Assembly (NCBI GenBank): GCA_017522615.1
Contig: JAFWYR010000015.1
Coordinates: 1-58,320, forward strand
Reading direction: 5' to 3'
Source: Bacilli bacterium
Lineage (GTDB): Bacteria > Bacillota_I > Bacilli_A > RF39 > UBA660
DNA: 58,320 nt
Part shown: positions 9,675 through 18,235 of the stretch, in pieces
How the letters are laid out: each line of letters begins with the position of its first letter
Position numbering within the stretch: position 1 is the stretch's first letter
Position numbers and translations under genes: made by a program
The notes under the pieces: generated by a model
Databases searched by the model: none
Told to the model about the DNA's origin: nothing
What the model saw: the letters and a program-made list of their open reading frames with translations, nothing else

Positions 9675-10241
9675 ATGTGGAAATACGAAAAAAAATTACA
9701 GTATCCTGTAAATATTAAAAAAAGAGATTTAAATATGGCTAAATGTATTTTAACGCAGTATGGAGGTCCAGCTGGTGAACTTGCGGCGGCTTGGCAATAT
9801 TTAGACCAAAGATACAATATGCCTGATGATAGAGGTAAGGCACTTCTTACAGATATCGGAACTGAGGAGTTTGCTCATGTTGAAATTATTTCAGCTATGC
9901 TTTATCAACTTATGAAGGGAGCTAGTAAAGAGGAACTTAAAAAAGCTGGGCTTGATAGTCAATATGCACAGTTTGGTAGAGACTTATTCCCATCTGATTC
10001 TTTTGGAAATCCTTTTACTATGACTTATATTAAAGTTTCTGGGGATTATATTGCTGATATAGAAAGTGATATGGGAGCTGAACAGAGAGCTAGGGCAACT
10101 TATGAACATTTGATGGATTTAACAGATGATCCAGATATATTAGGACCACTTTCATTTTTAAGACAAAGAGAAATAATTCATTATCAGAGATTTAAAGAAT
10201 TAAGAGATTATTATTTAGATATTAAAAATAAAACCAACTAA
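9675..10241 (+). CDS. cotJC: CotJC, manganese catalase family
   Basis: MWKYEKKLQYPVNI, TQYGGPAGEL, DIGTEEFAH and FLRQREIIHYQRF. Start placed at ATG 9675. Confidence 0.93.
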   Translation: MWKYEKKLQYPVNIKKRDLNMAKCILTQYGGPAGELAAAWQYLDQRYNMPDDRGKALLTDIGTEEFAHVEIISAMLYQLMKGASKEELKKAGLDSQYAQFGRDLFPSDSFGNPFTMTYIKVSGDYIADIESDMGAEQRARATYEHLMDLTDDPDILGPLSFLRQREIIHYQRFKELRDYYLDIKNKTN

Positions 10242-10260
10242 TAAATAGTTGGTCTTTTTT
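10231..10260. terminator. Intrinsic terminator between convergent genes
   Basis: ACCAACTA-ataaa-TAGTTGGT followed by a T-run. Confidence 0.7.
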
Positions 10261-11278
10261 ACCATCCTGTTCCAAAATTTTCAATTGAATAACTCTTATT
10301 TTTTTCACTATATTTAAGTACACCAAGTCTACTTAGATTTTTAACCCAACCAAGTTTTTTATCATATTCACCATCGGGAATCATTAACTCATTTGGATCA
10401 GTACCTTCAGATGGCTGTAGTTGATATGTTACTTCGAAAGCAATATCTTTGTCACCAATTTTTAGTGATTTAAGAGGTTCTTCTTTTTCTTCTTTGGCCG
10501 TATATATTTTAGTTACATTGAATCTTGAATTAGATATTTTGTCACCATATACTTCTTTAAAGTATTCTTGTAAAGTTTTTTCAATCTGATATTTAGCAGC
10601 TTCAGGAGTACCTTTAATATCTTTGATACTTTCCAAATACTCTTCAAAAGTAATATCTTTGTCCATTATTTCTTTAGCTATTTTTTTACTTCCAACATAT
10701 CTTAAATGCCAAGGTTCATAGGTATATCCTGTTATGTCATCTCTTCCTTCAAGGTATCTTAGAATAAATCCATAATCAGCTAGTTTTTTGTGAATTTTTT
10801 CGAATATTTCTCTTTCGGCAATCATATCTTCATTTTCTTCAATTAGTTTACCATCTTTCTCGATAACGATGTCGACGGCAAGACCTGTATGGTGTTCAGA
10901 ATATCCAGGTACTGCGGCATATTTTTTTGCATAATCAATACCTTTTTCAGGATCTTTTGACCATCTATCCCATAGTTCTTCTTGCTCTTTAACGGAACGA
11001 TATATACTATCTAAGACAATGATAACGCCTTCTTTTTTTAATGCTTTTTCTAATTCTTTATAATGTTCATAAGTTTGTTTTTCAAGTTTAACATCCTCAT
11101 CCCAAGCATTTTTAGCACTAACTAATTCAACATTCTTTTCCCAATTATCTGGTAGTTGTGAATATTTATTTACAAGTACTAAATAATCGATTTTACCTTT
11201 TTGGTTTGCCCCACATGCGGTTGTAAGAACTCCAGCTAGGGCTATTACAGTGGCCATTATTATAAATTTCTTTTTCAT
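10259..11278 (-). CDS. M15B (VanY/LdcB-like) carboxypeptidase lipoprotein
   Basis: Lipobox LTTAC; SIYRS, SEHHTGLAVD and YEPWHLRYVG; extra C-terminal domain of about 120 aa. Confidence 0.88.
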   Translation of the reverse strand: MKKKFIIMATVIALAGVLTTACGANQKGKIDYLVLVNKYSQLPDNWEKNVELVSAKNAWDEDVKLEKQTYEHYKELEKALKKEGVIIVLDSIYRSVKEQEELWDRWSKDPEKGIDYAKKYAAVPGYSEHHTGLAVDIVIEKDGKLIEENEDMIAEREIFEKIHKKLADYGFILRYLEGRDDITGYTYEPWHLRYVGSKKIAKEIMDKDITFEEYLESIKDIKGTPEAAKYQIEKTLQEYFKEVYGDKISNSRFNVTKIYTAKEEKEEPLKSLKIGDKDIAFEVTYQLQPSEGTDPNELMIPDGEYDKKLGWVKNLSRLGVLKYSEKNKSYSIENFGTGW

Positions 11279-11360
11279 AACTACTCCTTTCGATTTCATT
11301 ATATCATACTAATTATTTACAATTCAATAATTTAAAATCATTATTTATTTAAGCTAACGA

Positions 11361-11891
11361 TTACATGAATTTTCCATTTACTTTTTCTTGAATTCCATAT
11401 TCATCAAACTGGTAACTTTTTACAATATTATATATTTCTTCTGGAGTGTAGCTGGCTTGCTTTTTATCTATAGTATATAAATAGTCTATGGCATTGGTGA
11501 TAGATATGACATTATCACTATAGTAGAAATCATTCACTTCATCTTGAGTAACTAGGTCATCATCAAAATCTATCGACATAGTATATGTTTCATCATTTTT
11601 CTTTTTAGGATTAATACTCGCTTTTCTAAAAAAATCATCACCAGCTCTTAAATACATTACTAAATGTGATTGGAGACTTTTATTGTTTTCGTTTTTGTCA
11701 GATGAATATCTAATAAAATTAAAATTTTGAATTTCTTCAATTGATATTATTTCTAATTCTTTACTCTTTGGTCCATTATCTTTAGGAGTTTGTTTGTTTT
11801 CCTTATTTTTTACAGCATTATTAATTACTAGTCCACCAGCTAATATGGCAGCTGCGGATAAAAAATCTCTCCTTGTTAATTTATATTTCAT
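11361..11891 (-). CDS. Hypothetical protein with a twin-arginine-like signal
   Basis: LTRRDFL followed by a hydrophobic stretch; GGGAGG RBS. Confidence 0.7.
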   Translation of the reverse strand: MKYKLTRRDFLSAAAILAGGLVINNAVKNKENKQTPKDNGPKSKELEIISIEEIQNFNFIRYSSDKNENNKSLQSHLVMYLRAGDDFFRKASINPKKKNDETYTMSIDFDDDLVTQDEVNDFYYSDNVISITNAIDYLYTIDKKQASYTPEEIYNIVKSYQFDEYGIQEKVNGKFM

Positions 11892-11973
11892 GACTATCCT
11901 CCCATTTGAGACTATTATATATTATTTTTTTACTTCGCGCAAATGAAAACCAGCAAGTGTATGCTGGTTTATT

Positions 11974-12435
11974 TTATCTTACTTTTGAACCTTTTCTTAA
12001 ATTTTCTTCAATAGTTGTATTAATCATACGATTAAGATATTCAATGTTTCCCGAATTAATAATATTGTATAAGATTGTAGCTTTGGATGATAGTGAATTA
12101 TAATCATTTAAAACACTATCTTGATCAGATAAAGGATAATCTATAGTTGTGCCATTTATAGTTAGTGGAATAAATCTAGAATAACCTTGCTCAGCTAGAG
12201 CAGTTATACTAGCTCCTCCATCTGTGTATGGGGTTACGCATTTTTCTAAGTCGGTTGTGTCGATTCTTTCACTGTCTCCAATGACAAGTGATAGGTTTGA
12301 GCAATAAGCTTGTTTATTACTTAAGCTGAATCTAATAACTATTGACTCATTTGGAATAATAAGTTTTCCGTTTTCGTCCCTTTTTATTCCCTTAAATGTC
12401 GTTCCATTATCAGAACATTCGATATATGGTACCAT
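11974..12435 (-). CDS. Hypothetical protein
   Basis: 153-aa ORF with an AAGGGAG RBS, followed by the hairpin AAACCAGCA/TGCTGGTTT. Confidence 0.7.
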   Translation of the reverse strand: MVPYIECSDNGTTFKGIKRDENGKLIIPNESIVIRFSLSNKQAYCSNLSLVIGDSERIDTTDLEKCVTPYTDGGASITALAEQGYSRFIPLTINGTTIDYPLSDQDSVLNDYNSLSSKATILYNIINSGNIEYLNRMINTTIEENLRKGSKVR

Positions 12436-12512
12436 AGACGTCTCTCCCTTCTTACCTTAATCTTATACTATTTTTTTCTATTTGTCAAAGATTTTAAAAA
12501 CACATATTTATT

Positions 12513-14570
12513 CTATTTTTTCATATGTTTTGGGATAGAGTTATTATCTATTTCATTATCGGTTAAATTACTTATTAATAGACTTTTTTGCTCTTCAGTT
12601 AGTGATGTCATACTATTAATTATATCTATTTGTAATTCGGTATCTGTTTTAGGTTTACTTTGAGATTTAATCTGTAATCGTCTTCCTTTTTCTATAGCTT
12701 CTTTTATAGCATCTCTCACCGAATGAGTTTCGTTGTCTTGATAAAAGCCATGTCTATCCATTTTACTAAAAATTATTTGTTCAGCATACTGCCTTAGTGA
12801 TAATTGAACTCCGTTTGGAAGTGGAATCATCATTGAGAGAGTTTTCTCATCATATTCGTTCAATATACTTTGAAGTCTTCTTTTATTATTCTTAATTGTT
12901 ATTTGATTATATCTTCTTTTACTACCATCTATTACTTCTTCTAAACTTTTCTTATATATATCGTTTAATATATCACGTGATAGATCTATATTCATAATAT
13001 CACGCATGCACGCTTTGATTCCTGAAGCGCCCCAAATACTTGTATTAATTAGACCTTGTTGTTCTAATCTTTTAATATCATCATAATTCGGATATAGTAT
13101 ATCTATTAATTTTTTATATCTTCTCATGTTGTATTGTCCTGTTCCAATAATAATTCTATTACTTACATCAGTTTTTCTTTTTCCAGAATTTATGTCTCTT
13201 ACAGCTTTTAAGTGAGCTTTGATTGCTTCTGTTTCTGATATTAATAATTTTATTAAAGTTATATAATACCTAGCTTTGGTTTCGTCATTCATCTTATTTA
13301 CATCTATATTATCGTATTCATCATTACTAAATGAATATCTCAAATAGTCTTCATAATAATAGAATGATTCATTACCAAAGCTTGGCTTTATAGCTTCTTT
13401 AAGAACTTCTTTAAAATTCTTTGGGCTTCCATCTCTATTGTAAAAGTCTTGAAGTGATGGATATGTGTTTATTAAATGTGGGTATCTTTGAACAACTTTA
13501 GATAAATCAATCATTAACGTGTTTTCTGGAGTTCGAAAGACTTTATCACTTCCTAGTTTGTTGGCAAATTCTAGTTGTCTAACTTCTTCATATTCTAAAT
13601 ATTTTTGAAACATCTTACTAGCTCTATCTTTAAAGCCTAAAATATATAATACACTATGGGCTTCAAAGTATCCTCTTAAATTGGCATCTGTTTCTATTTC
13701 GGAATATCTATAATTATTACAGCTTTTATATGGATTATAAGTGTCTGTCGTTAAATATGTTCTTAATATATCATCTGCTGCATACTGAAAGCCAATTAAT
13801 GATTTTTTACTCTTACTTTCTTTATCTTGTAATGCATGTCTCGTTTCATGACACACATTGGAAATAAAATGATCAATTGTCGTTAAATAATCCCCTGTTT
13901 GATTAATGTGAATAGAATTGGATATGTAAAAGCCACCATTTAATTTTTTTGAGTAGTCCCAAACTCTTATATGATTTACAAGTTCATTATTGGGGTCCAT
14001 TCTTTTCTTTACCCAGTGAGCTAAAAAAGTTAGTTCACTAGTGTTTGTCTCTTTAATCGGTCTATTTTCGGCGATTAGTCTTTTTACATATTCTTCCATT
14101 TTAGTTTGTAGTTTTTCGTTATCCGTATTTATTATTTTTATAAAATAATTTGCTAGAACATCTTTTTCTGCTTCGCTAGCTGCCGATTTCATTCTTCTAT
14201 TATATATATTAGGTAATAATCCTTTAATCTTTTCTTGTTTATTTTTATATGCTTGATATGAAGCACTACTAAGTTTTTTTTGAGCTATTTCTTTATTGAT
14301 CAATGTACTTTTCATGTAGGTTGATGGATTAGTCATAAATCCGTTATAAACATTATATATGTAATTTGCTTCAAGTATTCCGTCTTCACCATTATTTATT
14401 CTTTTAATAATGTAATTTTCTATCGCATCTATTATAGTCATATTACTTTCGGAAATATTATTATAGTTTGGTAAGTTATTTTGATGATCTCTTAAATAGC
14501 AGTCTACTGCAATATCCCCTTGGTAACCGCGGTAGTGCATCATTTTTATTACATGATCATTATATTCCAT
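12513..14570 (-). CDS. Hypothetical protein with an HExxH zinc-metallopeptidase-like motif
   Basis: VCHETRHALQ with downstream YRYSEIETDAN (candidate third-ligand Glu); 685 aa. Confidence 0.7.
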   Translation of the reverse strand: MEYNDHVIKMMHYRGYQGDIAVDCYLRDHQNNLPNYNNISESNMTIIDAIENYIIKRINNGEDGILEANYIYNVYNGFMTNPSTYMKSTLINKEIAQKKLSSASYQAYKNKQEKIKGLLPNIYNRRMKSAASEAEKDVLANYFIKIINTDNEKLQTKMEEYVKRLIAENRPIKETNTSELTFLAHWVKKRMDPNNELVNHIRVWDYSKKLNGGFYISNSIHINQTGDYLTTIDHFISNVCHETRHALQDKESKSKKSLIGFQYAADDILRTYLTTDTYNPYKSCNNYRYSEIETDANLRGYFEAHSVLYILGFKDRASKMFQKYLEYEEVRQLEFANKLGSDKVFRTPENTLMIDLSKVVQRYPHLINTYPSLQDFYNRDGSPKNFKEVLKEAIKPSFGNESFYYYEDYLRYSFSNDEYDNIDVNKMNDETKARYYITLIKLLISETEAIKAHLKAVRDINSGKRKTDVSNRIIIGTGQYNMRRYKKLIDILYPNYDDIKRLEQQGLINTSIWGASGIKACMRDIMNIDLSRDILNDIYKKSLEEVIDGSKRRYNQITIKNNKRRLQSILNEYDEKTLSMMIPLPNGVQLSLRQYAEQIIFSKMDRHGFYQDNETHSVRDAIKEAIEKGRRLQIKSQSKPKTDTELQIDIINSMTSLTEEQKSLLISNLTDNEIDNNSIPKHMKK

Positions 14571-14667
14571 ATCTTTTCACCTTCTATTTTAATTTTATAC
14601 TAATTACTATTTATATTCAAATTATATTGCATGCGTTTTTTTACTTTACAGTTTTTGTGTTATACTT

Positions 14668-16209
14668 ATGATAGGTGAAAATATGAATAAGGATATGACT
14701 GTATTATTTGAAAATTCTGATTATACTGTTTTAACATGGGACAAATATGATGGAGCTAAGTACGTTTTGATGGGTTTAAACGACTGTTTTAATTATGAAA
14801 AAATTGTTGAAACTAATAATAACGGAGCTAAAATATTTAAAAATTTATTTAAAAAATATATTAATATTAAAGTTTACTATACCCTTCACAGTAAGGAGAG
14901 AGATGAAGATATAGTTATAGGTTCTTCTAACCCTTATGTACCTAAGAAAGTTAATTATAATAAATTAGATCTTAAATTTTTAAAGTCCTTTAATGGGATT
15001 ACTTTATCGATTCAAAGTAAAGATATTTATGATAAATATTATATATATGAAAAGGTAGGCAATAATTATTTATTTATGATGGAGTCTGAAGATTTTCAAG
15101 TTACATCTAAGAATTTTAAAATTGATAATGAATATTATGCGGAAGGATATGTTAAGAAGGATGATCAATTTATCTTAAGTGGAATATCCGATAAAATTAA
15201 ATGCACCTTATTTAATAAAAATAAAGGTAAAAATTTAATATCAATTATTGTTCCTATTTATAATAGTGAAAAGTTTTTATCTAGGTGTGTAGATTCTATA
15301 TTAGTTTCTAATTTTAAAGATATGGAAGTATTATTAATAGATGATGGCTCTAAAGATAAAAGTCCAGAAATAGCTGATTGGTATTCTAAAGAATACGGGG
15401 ATTTTATTAAAACTATTCATAAAGAAAACGAAGGGGTTTCTTATACAAGAAATAAAGGAATAGAACTTGCAACTTCGGATTATATAGCTTTTGTGGATAA
15501 CGATGATATTGTTCATCCATATATGCATTATAATTTATATAAAGCAGCTATAGCTTATGATTTAGATATAGCAATTGGAAAAACTATTATTAGGAATAAA
15601 CCATATGATTATTCTATTTGTCTTTCTTTAAATAATGATGAGTGTTTAATATACGATTATGACAAGATGTTTTATGAAAAGAATCATGTGACTTTTGATA
15701 ATATTTATTTTGTGGCTGTGTGGAATAAGATAATTAAATCATCTATTGTGAAAGATCATCCTTTTCCTTTATTTAATCATTATGAAGATACTTATTTTAC
15801 TAGAAACATATATAGTTATCTAGATAAGTTTGGATTTGTATCTGATGCTTATTATGTTTGGGATAAGAGGATTCAAGGTACTGTAGGTACAGCGACTAAT
15901 AGTTATAAATCTAAAGACGATGATCGTTTAAGGTTACATAGAGAATTTAGAGATGCGACTTTTTACTGTGTAGAAAATGGTAATAAAGATAGAATAGATA
16001 ATTTAGTCTATGACTCTATTAAAGAAGCTTATGATTTTATGAAAACAAACGATCTATTAGATAAACATCCTGATATATGCGGTGTATATAATGAAGCTAT
16101 TTATAATTATGGTAAAAAATATAATGTCTTAAAGAATAAATATTTAAAAGAGAATAAAGAAGTATTCAATTATACTAAAAAAGTTTTGTCTTTAAAAACC
16201 GAGTTATAA
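14668..16209 (+). CDS. Glycosyltransferase family 2 with an N-terminal extension
   Basis: ISIIVPIYN, IDDGSKD, FVDNDD, VWNK and YED motifs after about 185 unassigned residues. Confidence 0.88.
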   Translation: MIGENMNKDMTVLFENSDYTVLTWDKYDGAKYVLMGLNDCFNYEKIVETNNNGAKIFKNLFKKYINIKVYYTLHSKERDEDIVIGSSNPYVPKKVNYNKLDLKFLKSFNGITLSIQSKDIYDKYYIYEKVGNNYLFMMESEDFQVTSKNFKIDNEYYAEGYVKKDDQFILSGISDKIKCTLFNKNKGKNLISIIVPIYNSEKFLSRCVDSILVSNFKDMEVLLIDDGSKDKSPEIADWYSKEYGDFIKTIHKENEGVSYTRNKGIELATSDYIAFVDNDDIVHPYMHYNLYKAAIAYDLDIAIGKTIIRNKPYDYSICLSLNNDECLIYDYDKMFYEKNHVTFDNIYFVAVWNKIIKSSIVKDHPFPLFNHYEDTYFTRNIYSYLDKFGFVSDAYYVWDKRIQGTVGTATNSYKSKDDDRLRLHREFRDATFYCVENGNKDRIDNLVYDSIKEAYDFMKTNDLLDKHPDICGVYNEAIYNYGKKYNVLKNKYLKENKEVFNYTKKVLSLKTEL

Positions 16210-16222
16210 CTCGGTCTTTTTT
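16194..16222. terminator. Intrinsic terminator
   Basis: ACCGAGTTA/TAACTCGGT flanked by A- and T-runs. Confidence 0.7.
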
Positions 16223-16261
16223 AATTTCTTTATACTTTTAGTATTTTATTATGATTTAATC

Positions 16262-16795
16262 TTAATTTAAAGTCTTACATCCTCTTTCGTATAGGAAGTT
16301 ATTTATTTGAATTAGGTCATATATCTTTTCTTTAAAACAAAACCTAATTATTAAATCAAATTTGGTATTTTTAGGTAGGGAGTATGATGCACTTTCTAAT
16401 AAATCTTCTATTTCTTCTTCGGATAATTTTAATGCAATACCTAATAAGATTACGGTTTCTTTACTTGGATGATAATCCCTATTACTTCTTATTTTACTAA
16501 ATAATCTTCTATCTATACCTACTATATTATATACATCTGAATCTTTTAATTCTTTTTGATCAATATAGTCAAATAATTTAGATTGGAAAGTTTCATTGTC
16601 GTAGTTATCTTCAATATAATCATTTATATTTTTCGAACGAAAAAAAACATTACCATTAGATATAGAACTAGTTTCATAAAATTCCATATCTTCAAAAGTA
16701 GTTTCTTTTGATTTAAACATTCTTTTAAATAAAGAATCTTTTGACTCTTTTAGATGTTTATTTAAATATCTATCTAACTTTCTTTCTACATTCAT
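16262..16795 (-). CDS. Putative XRE-like HTH transcriptional regulator
   Basis: IDRRLFSKIRS..YHPSKETV..LGIALKL..EE..DLLESASY..D.IIRF, the HTH module usually found beside vWA or macro-domain genes in Firmicutes. Confidence 0.7.
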   Translation of the reverse strand: MNVERKLDRYLNKHLKESKDSLFKRMFKSKETTFEDMEFYETSSISNGNVFFRSKNINDYIEDNYDNETFQSKLFDYIDQKELKDSDVYNIVGIDRRLFSKIRSNRDYHPSKETVILLGIALKLSEEEIEDLLESASYSLPKNTKFDLIIRFCFKEKIYDLIQINNFLYERGCKTLN

Positions 16796-16869
16796 AATTG
16801 TCCCCTCCCATGCGACCAATTAGTTTTTAAACTTTAGTATTATTATATCAGAAAAGGAGAGATGATAAT

Positions 16870-17499
16870 ATGGAAAAAAAGAAAAAGATGCTGGATGTAA
16901 TCTTTATCTTGGACCGAAGTGGTTCTATGAGTGGTAGTGAGGAGAATACTATATCTAGTTTTAATGAATATTTAGAAAAGGAAAGACATAACGATTTTAA
17001 AACAAATATTACTACTGTTTTATTCAGTGACGATTTTGAATATCTATATAAAAGAGATGATGTGAAAGACGTTAGAAAACTTACACGTAAGGAGTATTAT
17101 GTTAATGGCTGTACAGCTCTTTATGATGCGATTGGTAGTTCTATTAATTATATAGATAACTGTGATACCGATAAAGTAATGTTTATAATTATTACTGATG
17201 GTTATGAGAATGCTTCTAGAGAATTTAATCAGAAGATGGTTAAAAAAATGATTAAGAAACATTCTAAATACGAATTTATATACATCGGTGCGGATATCGA
17301 TAGCTATGAAGCCGGAAGTGAAATTGGAATAGCTAAAGATAATATAGCTAATTATAAAAAAAGTAAAAGAGGTTTATCACTTTTATTTAAATCTATAGGT
17401 AATTTTGAAGACTCTATGATGGATGAAGGAGAAGTTTGTTATGACAGAAGTATGTGGAAAAAAGAACTAGATGATTACATCGATGACAATATGGAATAA
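16870..17499 (+). CDS. von Willebrand factor A domain protein
   Basis: MIDAS DRSGSM, GCTALYDA and ITDGYENAS. Confidence 0.9.
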   Translation: MEKKKKMLDVIFILDRSGSMSGSEENTISSFNEYLEKERHNDFKTNITTVLFSDDFEYLYKRDDVKDVRKLTRKEYYVNGCTALYDAIGSSINYIDNCDTDKVMFIIITDGYENASREFNQKMVKKMIKKHSKYEFIYIGADIDSYEAGSEIGIAKDNIANYKKSKRGLSLLFKSIGNFEDSMMDEGEVCYDRSMWKKELDDYIDDNME

Positions 17500-17510
17500 A
17501 CTACCACTTA

Positions 17511-17537
17511 AAAAAGCGATTTTATAAGTCGCTTTTT
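17511..17537. terminator. Bidirectional terminator
   Basis: AAAAAGCGA...TCGCTTTTT. Confidence 0.7.
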
Positions 17538-17898
17538 ATTTTGTAATAGCTGAATGAATTGTTCCCATTCCAACAAATATCGCTATGCTTAGTGCTGCAG
17601 TTATGGTTATTTTTTCAGTTTCAGTTAATTCATTGTTTACTTCTTCAGTATTACTTTCTTCATTAGTTTCTTCTATATTACTATCTTCTTCATCTTCTTC
17701 GTAGTATTCATCATTATTATTGTTTTGGTAATAATGATTGTTAGAATAAGTTCTACAGCCTCCGTGCCATGAGCAGCATCCACGGTGACAATCTGTACAT
17801 GTTGGACTTTCTGTTCCATCATTACACATAATATTAGCTTTTACATTTAATGGAATAATAACAAGTAATAGTAATAATACACAATTCTTTATTTTCAT
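17536..17898 (-). CDS. Small membrane-anchored Cys-rich protein (DUF3761-like)
   Basis: Signal peptide, CNDGTES...RGCCSWHGG, acidic linker and C-terminal TM. Confidence 0.65.
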   Translation of the reverse strand: MKIKNCVLLLLLVIIPLNVKANIMCNDGTESPTCTDCHRGCCSWHGGCRTYSNNHYYQNNNNDEYYEEDEEDSNIEETNEESNTEEVNNELTETEKITITAALSIAIFVGMGTIHSAITK

Positions 17899-18143
17899 AT
17901 ATAACTCCCACACTATTTTATAAATATATTACTTTTTATATAATTATTCTTTCTTTGGTTCATTATATCACTTGTTTTTGTTATTGTACTATTTTTATGC
18001 AATTTATTTTTTTATAATGTGCATTCTCTTCAGGGGGCCCACAAATTAAACGAGTTACTTCTTATACAATAATTTAAATCCCTTATAAAATAAGACTTTA
18101 TGGCACTATTAAGTTTTTATAATTTATAATAATTTATATAGGT

Positions 18144-18167
18144 GTTAATGTAAAAGTTAATGTAAAA
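18144..18167. repeat. 12-bp tandem direct repeat at the island edge
   Basis: GTTAATGTAAAA x2. Confidence 0.7.
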
Positions 18168-18170
18168 ATA

Positions 18171-18207
18171 AAAAAACAGTGATTAAACAAATTAATCTCT
18201 GTTTTTT
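18171..18207 (-). terminator. Terminator after hamB
   Basis: AAAAAACAGtGATTAA...TTAATCtCTGTTTTTT. Confidence 0.65.
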
Positions 18208-18235
18208 ATCACTTTTTAACATATTCTACACAATA

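Noticed and set aside
10259-11278. vanY as part of a vancomycin resistance locus
   Set aside because: No vanHAX or vanRS nearby; M15B peptidases are common wall enzymes.
12971-12982. Palindrome TATCACGTGATA as parS
   Set aside because: Only the core matches TGTTTCACGTGAAACA; the flanks differ and it lies inside a CDS.
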